A stretch of 63,647 bases of DNA, counting the filler, from a bacterium (lineage in GTDB: Bacteria > JBDRGX01): the NCBI GenBank assembly GCA_043817485.1. It is 7 parts of 7 records of this genome, joined end to end, with 100 filler letters (N's around TTAATTAATTAA, not from the genome) between each part and the next. Parts side by side here need not be neighbours in the genome. Positions count along the whole stretch, not along the records: positions 6,621 to 18,538 come from JBDRGX010000081.1; positions 18,639 to 26,265 come from JBDRGX010000082.1; 5 more parts are not named here. One strand, 5' to 3'. Under the pieces are notes generated by a model. The model was not told where the DNA came from. It did not search any database and saw nothing but the letters and a program-made list of their open reading frames with translations. Below are positions 10,355 through 21,600 of the stretch, in pieces. The number at the start of each line of letters is the position of its first letter. Positions within the stretch are counted from its first letter, which is position 1. Position numbers and translations under genes: made by a program.

Positions 10355-10749
10355 ATATTTATCCTTTTATAAAAAGAAAGCTAACTAACAAGTAATTATA
10401 CAATTTCTGTATAGTTTTATTTCATAATTGAATTTAAATGTCAATAAAAAAGTTGATAAAACCGTAATGTTTCAATTATCAGGTGTAAATGGAAAAACCT
10501 GAATTTCATTGTTTAATATAATTATTTCCAAAAAAAATCAAATAAAATCAAAATAATGATTGATATTTTTTATATTGGTTGTTTGAAAGAAATAGGTAGA
10601 ATTTATCATCATGGCTTATGACTGTTTTTTTTCTTTTAGTATGGCAAAAAATTATGCTAACAAAACTGTGATTACTTTTTTTAATTTTGTGGATAATCAT
10701 TTTGTTGAAAGATTTGTAGGAGTGAAAATAAAAAGGCTTCAGACTGTAG

Positions 10750-11084
10750 AACAGATTAAACAAAACTATTTTAGATGAATTTTATTTTTTAACTTTTAGA
10801 AAAAAAGGGATGGAAGTATAAAAGAGATTAAAGTTGATTTATATGAATTTATGAACTATTATAATTACAGAAAAAAGGGATATAAATTGAAAGAAAAAGG
10901 TTATAATACACCAGTAGAAGCACATTTATTAACAAATTTAACAAAAGATTTGACAAAAAAATTGATAAGCAATAAAGTAAAAACAGTAATGGGAAATGAA
11001 AAAAAGGAATGGAGAGAAAAAATAATTTTAGTAGATGATTTTATTAGAAAAGGAAGTAAAAAAGAAGAGGTTTTGGGATGTTAA
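10750..11084 (+). pseudogene. IS481-like (integrase core) transposase C-terminal remnant
   Basis: Broken frames read TILDEFY..TFRKK..SIKE..YEFMNYYNYRKKGYKLKEKGYNTPVEA, matching the C-terminal YN-x-R...G-x-TP region of IS481/rve transposases. Confidence 0.55.
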
Positions 11085-11199
11085 TTTGTAACTACATCTT
11101 AAAGACATGATATACCATAGATACACATTATAATTTTATAACTGATGAAAATCATTTTTTTTCAGATAAATTGTTTATTATTTGGAAAGGAATTAAAAA

Positions 11200-11964
11200 A
11201 TGAAAAATATTCCTAAAGTAAGTATTATTCTTCCTACATATAAAGGTAAATATATTCAACAATCTATAGATAATTGCTTAAATCAAACATATAAAAATAT
11301 AGAATTAATTATTGTTGATGATGCTTCTTTTGATGAAAAACTTGATGAAATTATTAATTCTTATGATAATAAAAAAATAAAATTTATAAAGCATAAAGAA
11401 AATAAAAAACTTCCTGAAACTCTTAATACTGGTTTTTCAAATGCTACTGGAAATTATTTAACATGGACATCAGATGATAATTATTATGATTCTCAAGCAA
11501 TAGAAATTTTAGTTAACTTTTTAGAAACACATTCTAAAATAGATTTTGTTTATACTAATTATTATGAAATTGATGAAAATGAAAAAATATTAAATAAAAA
11601 AGAAGTATTGTCTTCTGAAAATTTAATTTATCATAATTGCATTGGGCCTTGTTTTTTATTTAGAAAAAAAGTGTATGAATCTATTGGTTTTTTTAATAAA
11701 GATTTTTTTGGAGCAGAAGATTATGATTATTGGGTTCGTGTATATAAAAATCATTTTAAAATGAAAAAAATAGATAATTTTTTATACTATTATAGATTAC
11801 ATAAAAATAGTATGACGAATCAATATTCTTCTATTATTTCTCTTAATACACAAAAAATAATAAAAAAATATTTTCCTTTAAAAAGTATAAAAACTAAAAT
11901 ACATTTAACAAAAATGTTTTTAAAAAAGGTTTTTAATTGTTTTTTTCCCTTAAAAAATAATTAA
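11200..11964 (+). CDS. Glycosyltransferase family 2
   Basis: VSIILPTY, IIVDDAS, WTSDDN, AEDYDYW. Confidence 0.92.
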   Translation: MKNIPKVSIILPTYKGKYIQQSIDNCLNQTYKNIELIIVDDASFDEKLDEIINSYDNKKIKFIKHKENKKLPETLNTGFSNATGNYLTWTSDDNYYDSQAIEILVNFLETHSKIDFVYTNYYEIDENEKILNKKEVLSSENLIYHNCIGPCFLFRKKVYESIGFFNKDFFGAEDYDYWVRVYKNHFKMKKIDNFLYYYRLHKNSMTNQYSSIISLNTQKIIKKYFPLKSIKTKIHLTKMFLKKVFNCFFPLKNN

Positions 11965-11969
11965 ATATT

Positions 11970-12905
11970 ATGAATATACCTAATTTTAGTATAATTATTC
12001 TTAATTATAATGGATTGGAATTACTCAAAGAATGTCTTTTTTCTGTTATTCAATCTGCTAAATATAGTAATAGCGAATATGAAATAATTATAGTTGATAA
12101 CAAAAGTATTGATAAAAGTATAGAATTTGTTCAAAATAATTTTTCTGAAATAAAAATTATTCTTCTTGAAAAAAATGAATATATGAAAGGATTTGTTTAT
12201 GGAGTACAAAAAAGTAAATATAAATATGTAATTTTGTTAGATAATGATATTAAAGTTAAACAAGATTGTATTCCATATTTACTTGAACATTTTCATGATA
12301 AAAATGTTTTTGGAGTAATGGGAAAAGTATTTCTTTTTGATAAAAAAACTATTCAAATTTCAGCACAAAAATCTATTTTCAAAAAAGGTTTTTTTCGTTT
12401 AGAAAAAAAAATAAATCAAAAAAAAACAACATCTACCTTTTATATTTCTGGAGGATCATCTGCTTATGATAAAGAAAAATTTTTAGCATTAGGAGGATTT
12501 GATGAATTATTTCAACCAGTATGTTGGGAAGATGTAGATATATCATATAGAGCATGGAAACAAGGATGGAAATTAATATTTGAGCCTAATGCTATATTAT
12601 ATCATAAACTACATGGAACTTTCGGCAAAAAATATTCTTCAAAGGATCTTGAAAAATACAATTTAAGAAATCAATTTTTATTTATTTGGAAAAATATAAC
12701 AGATATTAAAATACTTTTTTATCACTTTTTATTTTTACCTTTGTGGTTAATAAAAAGTATACTTATTGGAAATAGTATTTTTTTAAAAAGTTTTATTGCA
12801 GCGTTGTTTAAAATACCATTAATTTATAAAAGAAAAAAAGAAAATAAAAAATCTAATATTTCAGATAAAAATATTTTACTTCTTACAAATGTAGAAAATT
12901 TATAA
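11970..12905 (+). CDS. Glycosyltransferase family 2
   Basis: IIILNYNG, VDNKSID, LLDND, GGFDELF, WEDVDISYRAW. Confidence 0.92.
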   Translation: MNIPNFSIIILNYNGLELLKECLFSVIQSAKYSNSEYEIIIVDNKSIDKSIEFVQNNFSEIKIILLEKNEYMKGFVYGVQKSKYKYVILLDNDIKVKQDCIPYLLEHFHDKNVFGVMGKVFLFDKKTIQISAQKSIFKKGFFRLEKKINQKKTTSTFYISGGSSAYDKEKFLALGGFDELFQPVCWEDVDISYRAWKQGWKLIFEPNAILYHKLHGTFGKKYSSKDLEKYNLRNQFLFIWKNITDIKILFYHFLFLPLWLIKSILIGNSIFLKSFIAALFKIPLIYKRKKENKKSNISDKNILLLTNVENL

Positions 12906-12939
12906 AAATTGCAATAAATATTAATTTAGCAATTTGTTA

Positions 12940-13596
12940 TTATGCAGGAATAATTTCTAAAAACCAATTTTTATCTTTTTCTATTTTTTCTCCAATTTTA
13001 AACTCTACTGGTTTTTTAAAAATAGGACCATCATAAACAAAAGTATGATATTCTCCATTTTCTCCACAAACATCTATATCTAATGTTTTAATATCTGTTA
13101 TGAAATTATAATCAATTTTTCTACCCAACCATTCTTTTCCTAATTTTTCTTTTTGCGTTGCTACTATAATTGCTTTAAATCCAGAATCAATAAATTCTTT
13201 TATTAATTTTTCTCTTTCTTCTTTCCATAAAGGTAATATTGGGTTTATGTTTTGCTCTTTACAAACTCTTTCTACCCAATCTCTATGTGGCTGTACATCA
13301 ATATCTCCAAAAATACCATGAGTAATTTCTTTTTCTTTAAGTTCTAAAAGTGCTTTTTTGTATGTTTCTTCATAATTTTCCCAAGTAGTAGCTTTTTGAA
13401 TAATTGAAACACCTATTGCATCTGCTTGAGCTTTTAAAAAAATAGATTTTATTCCATGTGAACGAGAATATTCATTATTTTCTGCTATCATATTTAAAAA
13501 ACAATAATTTTCAAAATTTTCTTTTTCCTTGTAAAAAGCCATTGTTCCATCTTTTCCTCCGCTCCAAGAAACAAATGCTTTCATATTTTTCTCCAT
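12940..13596 (-). CDS. Diphthine-ammonia ligase family / DUF71 PP-loop ATPase
   Basis: SWSGGKD, SRSHG, FGDID, PLW, DVCGENGEYHTFV. Confidence 0.9.
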   Translation of the reverse strand: MEKNMKAFVSWSGGKDGTMAFYKEKENFENYCFLNMIAENNEYSRSHGIKSIFLKAQADAIGVSIIQKATTWENYEETYKKALLELKEKEITHGIFGDIDVQPHRDWVERVCKEQNINPILPLWKEEREKLIKEFIDSGFKAIIVATQKEKLGKEWLGRKIDYNFITDIKTLDIDVCGENGEYHTFVYDGPIFKKPVEFKIGEKIEKDKNWFLEIIPA

Positions 13597-13713
13597 ATTA
13601 TTCTTATTAAAATAAAATAAATTTATTTATACCAAGTTGCATTTAAAAGTAAAACAAGAAATTAGAATACAAAATACAGGAGTCAAAATACAGAATGAAA
13701 TTTTGAATTAAAG

Positions 13714-13759
13714 AATTCCACCCCCGTCCTAACGGACAAACCCCCGCCAGCGGGGGATA
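13714..13759 (+). repeat. GC-rich double-hairpin repeat; second copy inverted at 48577-48620
   Basis: AATTCCACCCCCGTCCTAACGGACAAACCCCCGCCAGCGGGGGATA versus AATTCCACCCCTGTCCTAACGGACACCCCCGCCAGCGGGGGATA (reverse complement of the second copy). Confidence 0.85.
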
Positions 13760-13798
13760 TTAGGAGTATTAAAAAATTTAATTTTTTCAAACCAAAAT

Positions 13799-14764
13799 CT
13801 AAAATTGCGATAAATTGGGAAATTTCATATTTTCTATTTTCAATCTAAAATCTAAAATTCTTACATAGCCACAAATTTTACAATGAAAAGATGCTTTATT
13901 CATACCTGCTCCACAACCTAAACATTTATTTTCATCATTTTTAGAAAAAGGTATTTCTCCAACTTCTTTTCTATAAATTTCATAATAATAAAGATGTTCT
14001 TTATTAAAAAATTTTATTTTATAAATATTCTTTTTTTCTTGAAATTCTTTATCAGAAATTTTTGCACTAATAATTTCTCTTATTTTTGTCATTCCAGATC
14101 CATATTCTAATGGTCTTTTACTTTGCCAAATAATATGAGATGGAATTATATCTTCAAATGATTTTCTTAAAATCCATTTTCCATAACCATCTTTAATTTT
14201 AAATTCTGGTAAAATATTTAAAGCAAAATCAATAATTTCTTTATTTAAGTAAGGTTGAATTATTTTTATATTAAAAAAATTAGATAATTCATTAGAACTA
14301 AAAACAAAAAATGGAACTAATTTTTCAATATAAGCATTTAAATTTTCTATTTTTGTCATAAATTCATATCCACCAAAAAGTTCATCAGCACCATCTCCAG
14401 TTAATATTTTTTTTATTCCTAAATTTTTAGCATATTTTAAAGCAAAATAAACAACTAAATCATTAGGAATTGCTGGATCAAAAGTTTTAAGAATTTTTAT
14501 AACTTCTGGAATATAAGATAAAGCTTCATCGATAGATATAAATAAATGATGATGATTTTTTAAATTCAAATCCTCTTTTATTATATTAGAATATTTTAAA
14601 TCTTCTCCAAAATTTTCTAAACTAACAGTAATTGTTGAAGCATTCGGATTTAAATAAGCAAAAATACTTGTATCTAACCCACCCGAAAAAAGTATTGTTG
14701 CAGAAGAATTTATTTGAATAATTTCTTTTATTTTGCTTTTTAAAAATGTCATTTTATCTATCAT
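13799..14764 (-). CDS. Asparagine synthase C-terminal-domain protein (no glutaminase domain) with a C-terminal CxxC/CxxC zinc ribbon
   Basis: LFSGGLDTS, TGDGADELFGGY, PYL, GKWILRKSF; CLGCG...CKICG. Confidence 0.85.
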   Translation of the reverse strand: MIDKMTFLKSKIKEIIQINSSATILFSGGLDTSIFAYLNPNASTITVSLENFGEDLKYSNIIKEDLNLKNHHHLFISIDEALSYIPEVIKILKTFDPAIPNDLVVYFALKYAKNLGIKKILTGDGADELFGGYEFMTKIENLNAYIEKLVPFFVFSSNELSNFFNIKIIQPYLNKEIIDFALNILPEFKIKDGYGKWILRKSFEDIIPSHIIWQSKRPLEYGSGMTKIREIISAKISDKEFQEKKNIYKIKFFNKEHLYYYEIYRKEVGEIPFSKNDENKCLGCGAGMNKASFHCKICGYVRILDFRLKIENMKFPNLSQF

Positions 14765-16212
14765 TTTGATATTTTTTCTTTCAAATATTTAATTGCTTCT
14801 TGAACATTTATATCCCATTTAATAAAATATTTAGAAGATGTTTCTTCTCCTTCAGCAATCATTAAAATATTTGTTTTTAATAATTTACAAATTTCTAATT
14901 TATTTTTCGTTAAAAATTCAGAAAATAAATCTATATTTTTTTCTTTTAAAATATCAATAAGATCTTCATTAGTAACTAATTCTTTTACAAAATCAAAATT
15001 ATCTTTTTTAACAATATCTATAAATTGTTCAAACATATCTTCAGTAATTTCAATTTTTTCATCAATTTTTTTATTTTTTAAAACAAAATTTTCTGCAAAT
15101 TTTCTAAAATAATCTTTTCGCATAAAATGATATATTAATTGAGAATATTGTTTTTCTTTTACTTCTATATCTGGATTAATTCCTTTTCCATCTATACATT
15201 CTCCAGAAGGAAGATAATATTTTGCAATAGTTAATTTAAGTGCTGTATTTTCTGTTAAATTAACTATTGATTGAACAGAACCTTTTCCAAAACTTTTTTT
15301 TCCCATAAGAATTGCTTTTCCATGATGTTTTAATGCTCCAGCTACAATTTCTGAAGCACTTGCAGTACCTTGATTGATTAAAATTACTACTGGTTTATTA
15401 TATGGATTGTAATTAGAAGAATAGATTACATCATTATTATTTTTCTCTTTTGTGCGAGTAGAAACAATTTCTTTATTGTAATCAAGAAAAATTTCTGATA
15501 TTTTAATTGCTTGATCTAATAACCCTCCTCCATTATTTCTTAAATCTAAAATAATTCCTTTTGCTTTTTGTTTTTCTGCTTTATCAAGAATTTGTTTTAA
15601 ATCTTTATCAGCATTTTTTTGAAAATCTACAAGTTTAATATAAAATATTTCTTTATCTACAAAATAAGCAACTGGAATACTTTTTAACTGAATTATTGCT
15701 CTTGTAAGAGTAAATTTCAAAAAATCTTTAAATCCATTTCTATAAATAGAAATATTTACTTTAGTATTTGGATCTCCACGCATTTTTTTCACTGCTTCAG
15801 AAAGTTTAATTACTTTTGTTGAAACACCTTCTATTTCTACAATTTGATCTCCAGATAAAATACCAGCCTTTGCTGCTGGACTACCATCAAAACATGAAAT
15901 TATAGTTAAAATTTCATCTCTAAGAGTAATGATAATTCCTAATCCACCATATTTCCCTTCTGTTTGAATAGAAAATTCTTTATATAATTCTTCATCTAAA
16001 AATTCTGTATAAGGATCAAGACTTTTTAACATTCCAGCAATACTATCATTAATAAGAACTTTATAATCTATTTTGCTCTCATCTACATAATTTTGTTTTA
16101 AAAGATAAAGAATTTGTTGATAACTATCTAAATATTTTTTAGGACTTTGTTGCGAAAATAAATTAAAACTTAAACATAAAATCAAAAATATTATAAAAAC
16201 TATTTTTTTCAT
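14761..16212 (-). CDS. ctpA: Carboxyl-terminal processing protease (S41 family, PDZ domain)
   Basis: Signal peptide, LDPYT, GGLGI, DLRNNGGG, TASASEIVAGAL, SFGKGSVQ, GINPD. Confidence 0.93.
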   Translation of the reverse strand: MKKIVFIIFLILCLSFNLFSQQSPKKYLDSYQQILYLLKQNYVDESKIDYKVLINDSIAGMLKSLDPYTEFLDEELYKEFSIQTEGKYGGLGIIITLRDEILTIISCFDGSPAAKAGILSGDQIVEIEGVSTKVIKLSEAVKKMRGDPNTKVNISIYRNGFKDFLKFTLTRAIIQLKSIPVAYFVDKEIFYIKLVDFQKNADKDLKQILDKAEKQKAKGIILDLRNNGGGLLDQAIKISEIFLDYNKEIVSTRTKEKNNNDVIYSSNYNPYNKPVVILINQGTASASEIVAGALKHHGKAILMGKKSFGKGSVQSIVNLTENTALKLTIAKYYLPSGECIDGKGINPDIEVKEKQYSQLIYHFMRKDYFRKFAENFVLKNKKIDEKIEITEDMFEQFIDIVKKDNFDFVKELVTNEDLIDILKEKNIDLFSEFLTKNKLEICKLLKTNILMIAEGEETSSKYFIKWDINVQEAIKYLKEKISK

Positions 16213-16273
16213 TTTTTCGAAAAAACTCCTTTTTTTAAAATTGTGAAATGTAAATATCTATTTTTTAAAAAAA

Positions 16274-17272
16274 TTAAACAAATTGTGAAATTCGTAATTT
16301 ATATTCTAATATATTTTTTTTAATTTCTTCTTTATTAACAGTTGCAACACCTAATTTTCCTACAACAACACCAGCTGCATAATTAGAAATATAAGTAGCT
16401 TGTTTTTTATCAGCACCAGATACAAGAGCCAAAGTAAAACAAGATATTACAGTATCTCCAGCTCCACTTACATCATAAACTTCTTGAGCCATAGTAGAAA
16501 CAGAAGTAATGCTTCCATTTTTTTCAAACAAAACCATTCCTTTATCTCCCCTTGTAATAAGAACACTTTGACAATTAAGTTTTTTTAAAATTTTTTCACC
16601 AACTTTATAAAGAGATTTTTCATCAATTATTTTAATTCCAGTTATTTGTTCTGCCTCAGATTGATTAGGTGTAATAGTATCTACTTCTTTATAATAATTA
16701 AAATAATTTATTTTAGGATCTACTGTGATAATTTTTTTATTGGCTTTACATAAAGATAAAACATTTTTTAACAAATTTTGTGTAATTATTCCTTTTCCAT
16801 AATCTTCAATAATAACTCCATCTACTTCTTTAATTAAAGAAATAATATATTCAAGAATTTTTTTTTGTATAGAATGATTTACATTTTCGACTTTTTCTTT
16901 ATCAAACCTTACTATTTGTTGATTATGAGCAATAATTCTTGTTTTAACAATAGTAGGTCTTGAAGAATCAATGATTAAACCATTATAATTAATAGAATTT
17001 TTACTTAATTCTTTTTTTAAAATTTGAGCATCTTCATCTTGTCCTATAACTCCACATAAAAAAGCAATTCCTCCTAAAGAAGCAATATTATTTGCTACAT
17101 TTCCAGCTCCTCCAGGCATATATGATTCTTTTGTTACTTTTACTATTGGAATAGGTGCTTCTGGAGAAATTCGAGAAACTTCTCCCCAAATAAATTTATC
17201 TAATAAAACATCACCAATTACTAAAATTTTTTTCTTTTTAAAATTGTCTATTATTTTAAATAATTCTTTCAT
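16274..17272 (-). CDS. hldA: D-glycero-beta-D-manno-heptose-7-phosphate kinase (RfaE domain I)
   Basis: GDVLLD, RISPEAPIP, GGAGNVA, DYGKG, VDPK, DVSGAGDTV. Confidence 0.92.
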   Translation of the reverse strand: MKELFKIIDNFKKKKILVIGDVLLDKFIWGEVSRISPEAPIPIVKVTKESYMPGGAGNVANNIASLGGIAFLCGVIGQDEDAQILKKELSKNSINYNGLIIDSSRPTIVKTRIIAHNQQIVRFDKEKVENVNHSIQKKILEYIISLIKEVDGVIIEDYGKGIITQNLLKNVLSLCKANKKIITVDPKINYFNYYKEVDTITPNQSEAEQITGIKIIDEKSLYKVGEKILKKLNCQSVLITRGDKGMVLFEKNGSITSVSTMAQEVYDVSGAGDTVISCFTLALVSGADKKQATYISNYAAGVVVGKLGVATVNKEEIKKNILEYKLRISQFV

Positions 17273-18204
17273 TTATTTTCTCCCAAATAATATAACATAA
17301 AAGAGGAATCATTATTTCATGATGACCTATAATATTGTATCCTTTTCCATCATTAGAAATAGGTCTTTTAACTACATTTTGTAATGGTCTATAATGAGAA
17401 ATCATATCAAAATTTGCTGTAGTAAATCCTTTTACTTTATATCCAAGATTACGAGTAATATTAAGTGCTTTTAAAAATACTTCTGGCAAAATTACCGATG
17501 AACCAATATTTAAAAAAACACCTCCATTTTCTAATTTTGAAATTGCAGAACAAAGAATTTTAAAATCAATAAAACTTAAATTTGCCATTTTTCCTGGATT
17601 AAAACAAGGATGTTGTTGAATTACATCTGTACCTATAGCAATATGAACAGTAATAGGAACATCATATTTAATACCAGCTGCAAATAAACTATGTTCTTTA
17701 TATTTTAAATTTTCTTTTATAATAAATTTACCTATTGTTTCTCCTAATCCTTCTTTTTTAGAATATTTAATTGCTTTATGAATTAGCTCTGCTGTTTCTC
17801 CTTTTATTCCAAAATTTCCATCTTTAAGCCCAGATTCTACATCTTCTGATGTTTTTCCTTGATATGCAATTTCAAAATCATGAATAAGTCCAGCACCATT
17901 TAATGCTATTGTTGTAATAATTTTTTTTTTTCATAAGTTCAATTAAAATTGGATTTAATCCACATTTAATTACATGAGCACCCATAGCAAAAATAATTGG
18001 CTTTTGTTTTTGATAAGAAATAATAATGTCATCAATTAAATTTTTGAAATCATTGGCTTTTAAAATATCAGGAAGGTAATCAATAAAATTTTTTAATAAA
18101 ATATTTTTTTGAGGCTGTTTAGCAAAGTTTTTTATATTTACTTTACATTCTTTATTTTCTGATGAAAATTTTACTTTTTTTAAATCAAGAGGTTTATATT
18201 TCAA
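17256..18204 (-). CDS. Conserved uncharacterised protein (deoxyhypusine-synthase-like), split by a frameshift in an A11 run (17921-17931)
   Basis: MGAHVIKCGL in ORF 17878-18204. Removing one A continues as IITTIALNGAGLIHDFEIAYQGKTSEDV, in frame with ORF 17256-17588 (GSSVILPEVFLKA, GHHEIMIP). Confidence 0.75.
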
Positions 18205-18638
18205 AATTATATCCTTTATTTATTAAAACATTTTCTTATTTTTTTGTAGGAAAATTTTTGAAAAATAGTTTAAAAAATATTCTAATACTAAAAGCAATCA
18301 TTTAACTTTTTTTATAAAAATAAAACTTTTTTTAAATTCTAATAAAAAAGCATTTTTAATTCCATATTTTTTGATATTTTCAATAAAGCACATTGAAAAA
18401 AAATATATTTCATATTTCCATTTATTTAACCAATATCTAATAAATAATGACTCGTTTCGTTTAGCACTTTTTACTATAATACTTTCTACTTTTTGTTCAG
18501 AAAGAATATCAGGATATAAAGAAAAAATATTAAGATTANNNNNNNNNNNNNNNNNNNNNNNNNNNNNNNNNNNNNNNNNNNNTTAATTAATTAANNNNNN
18601 NNNNNNNNNNNNNNNNNNNNNNNNNNNNNNNNNNNNNN

Positions 18639-21600
18639 GGTAATTTAATATTCAAAAATGCACAAGAAGAAAGTCATATTCCTTCTACATTTAAAAATTT
18701 ATTATCTTTACAATATTTTCTTAAACAAAAAGAATGGGTTTCTTTTCGTACTGCTCTTATTAAAGGACAAGAAGTAAAATTAGAACAATCTCGTTATTTA
18801 TCTGTTTGGATATATGGGCAAGGAAAAGGAGAAACTGTATATTTTGATATAGGAGAAATTAGTGAAGATTCAAATGAAAATGGATTTTTGGACACAGAAG
18901 ACAAAAATAATAATAATTTTTTGGATGAAGGAGAAGATACTGGATTAGATGGAATAAAAGGAAATTTTCCTCAAGGAGAAGGTTGGATTAGTAATTGGAA
19001 TGATAATTATGATAATGAAAAAAATTTGTCTGGAACTGAAGAAAATAAAAGATTAGATACAGAAGATATGGATGGAGATAAAAAACTTAATTTTTCAAAA
19101 GATAAGGAAAAATATTTTCAATACAAAATAAAAGTTGATGGAATAGGTTGGAAATTATATAATATTGAATTAAATATGCCATATAAAACAATTGGAAAAA
19201 TTTCTTTATCTGAAATTAAGCATATGAGAATTTGGATATTTAATGAAACAGATAAAGATATTATTTTAGATAAAAAAAATCCTTCTTTAAAAATAGAAGA
19301 AATAAATTTTACAAGAAATTTAGTAACAGAAGTTATTTCAGGAAAACTTATTCCAGAATTAGAAATAAAACAAATAGATGCTAAATTAAATATAAGTGGA
19401 GAAAATGTAGTTGTAATTGAAGGTGCTTATCGTCAACCTAAAAGCCTTTCAGGGTCTTCCTTAACAAAAGCTGCTACTTCTGATATTACTCAACTTCTTT
19501 CAATATGTATAGCTGGAACTATTGGAGATAAAATTCGATTAAATATAACACATAAAGGTGGAAAAGAAAGAGATGTTCCTGTTGAAACTGTAAATGATAT
19601 TAAAATAGATTATACTGGGCAAAAAAAAGATTTAGTTAAAAAAATAGTTTTTGGAGATATTGATGTTTCTTCTTTGAAAATAGAAAAAGGGTTTCCAGTT
19701 ACTAATGTTTTTGGAGTAATGGGAGAAATTTCTTTGGATGATGAAAAAATTGATAAATTATTTAAAAAAGAAAATAAAGAAGAAAAAAGATTATTTAAAA
19801 AAGATTTTAAATTAATTACTGCTTTAAGTCAATCAACAAATCAGGTAATTTTTGAAAAATTTACTGGTGGTTATGAAAAAACTCAAAAAGTTATAAAAGA
19901 TACAGATTACATAAAAAATATATATTATAGCTTTTGGTATGATGAAATTTATAATAAAGAAGAACCTTATAATAAGTGTTATAAAATAAGAGACCCTTAT
20001 TATTTAGATGATAAAATAAAGAAAAATTTTACAGGAAAACGAAGTTATGAAATTATTCCTAATAGTGAAGTTATATTTATAGATCATCAAAATGAAGGAA
20101 GAACAAATACTGGAACTGGTTCTATTATAGTAAAAAATAAAGATATAACTAATCAAGATATTACTTTTTATTTAGATAGACAGATTCCCGGAAAAATTAG
20201 TAATTATACAATTAATTATAAAACTGGAATTATTGAATTTACACAAGAAATAAAAAATCAAGAACTTATTTTTATAGCATATCAATATTATGGAGAAAAT
20301 GGAATTATAGAAAGTATTGGTTATACATTAGATGAACAAGGAAAAATTAAATATACACCTGGTGTTGAATTAAAAAATGCTGAAGATCTTGCTAAATATT
20401 TTAAAAATATTAAATGTATAAAATATCAAAATGAATATATATCGCAAACAACAAAAAATTATGGAACTACTGAACAAAGAAGATTTTACAATTTATATAC
20501 TTCTGGTGAAAATATTATTCCTCCAGAACAAGATCCAGATTTTGTATTTAAAGTAGTTAATAAAGATCATAATGAGATTAATCATCCTAAATATCCAGAA
20601 ATAAGAAATATGAATCCACCTATAATATTTGATTATACTAATGGAATAATAGGATTTTATGAGCCTTTTGATGAAAAAAATTTTACAGATGGAACTTTTT
20701 CAAATCTACATCATTATTTAATAAAAATGAATTTTAAAATACAAAAAACATCTTTTAGACTTAAACAAGGGTATGGTTTAGTTAAAGGAAGTGAAAAAGT
20801 TTATGTTGATGGTATTTTATTATCTAAAAACGAATATTCTTTAGATGATATAGGAAATTTGCAATTTTTTGATGCAACAAAAATTAAAAGTATAACGAAC
20901 ATAGAAGTAGAATATGAATTTAAGCCATTTGGAGGATTAGGTGGAGTAAATAATTTAGCTGGAATAAGAGGAGAAATTAATTTGTTACGAGGGGATAAAA
21001 ATGAAAATTTATTTTTAAAGCAAATTAATTTTGGGACTACATTTTTTTATTATGGAACACCATCATTTTCTTCAAGTGAAGGGAAAATGGTTCCACCAGA
21101 ATTAGGAACAGAACCTTCATCTAAAGTTTTGAGAACTTTAGATGGTGAAGCAAATTTTAATTTTGTTTTAGGAAAAAAACCTCAAAAAAATATAAATATA
21201 TTTGAACAAGAAATTAAAACAAAAGAAAATAAAATAGAGCAAGAAAAAAAAGAAGAAGTACTTAATTCAGATTTAGATATAAAGAAAAATGAAAATTTGG
21301 AATTAGATGAAAATTTTTCCAAAAAAATAAATGAAATAAAAAAAGATGATGATATTGAAATAAGAGAAGAAAGAAGATATTTAAGAGAAGATGATGATGA
21401 AAAAGAATTTGAAAAAGAAATAAAAAAACAAGATACAAGTTTTCCTATTGATATAAGTGTTAAAGGAAATATTTCTTATATTGACACTAATCTTAATACT
21501 TATAAATATCAAAGTGAAATTCAAAATAAAGCATCATTCGGAATGGAAAAAAGATCTATTGCTATGATTGAAAATATGGAAGGAATAGATGTTTCTATTC

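Noticed and set aside
18371-18586. Plus-strand 71-aa ORF at a contig end
   Set aside because: Runs into the linker; the minus strand looks more like the 3' tail of a truncated gene that I cannot identify.
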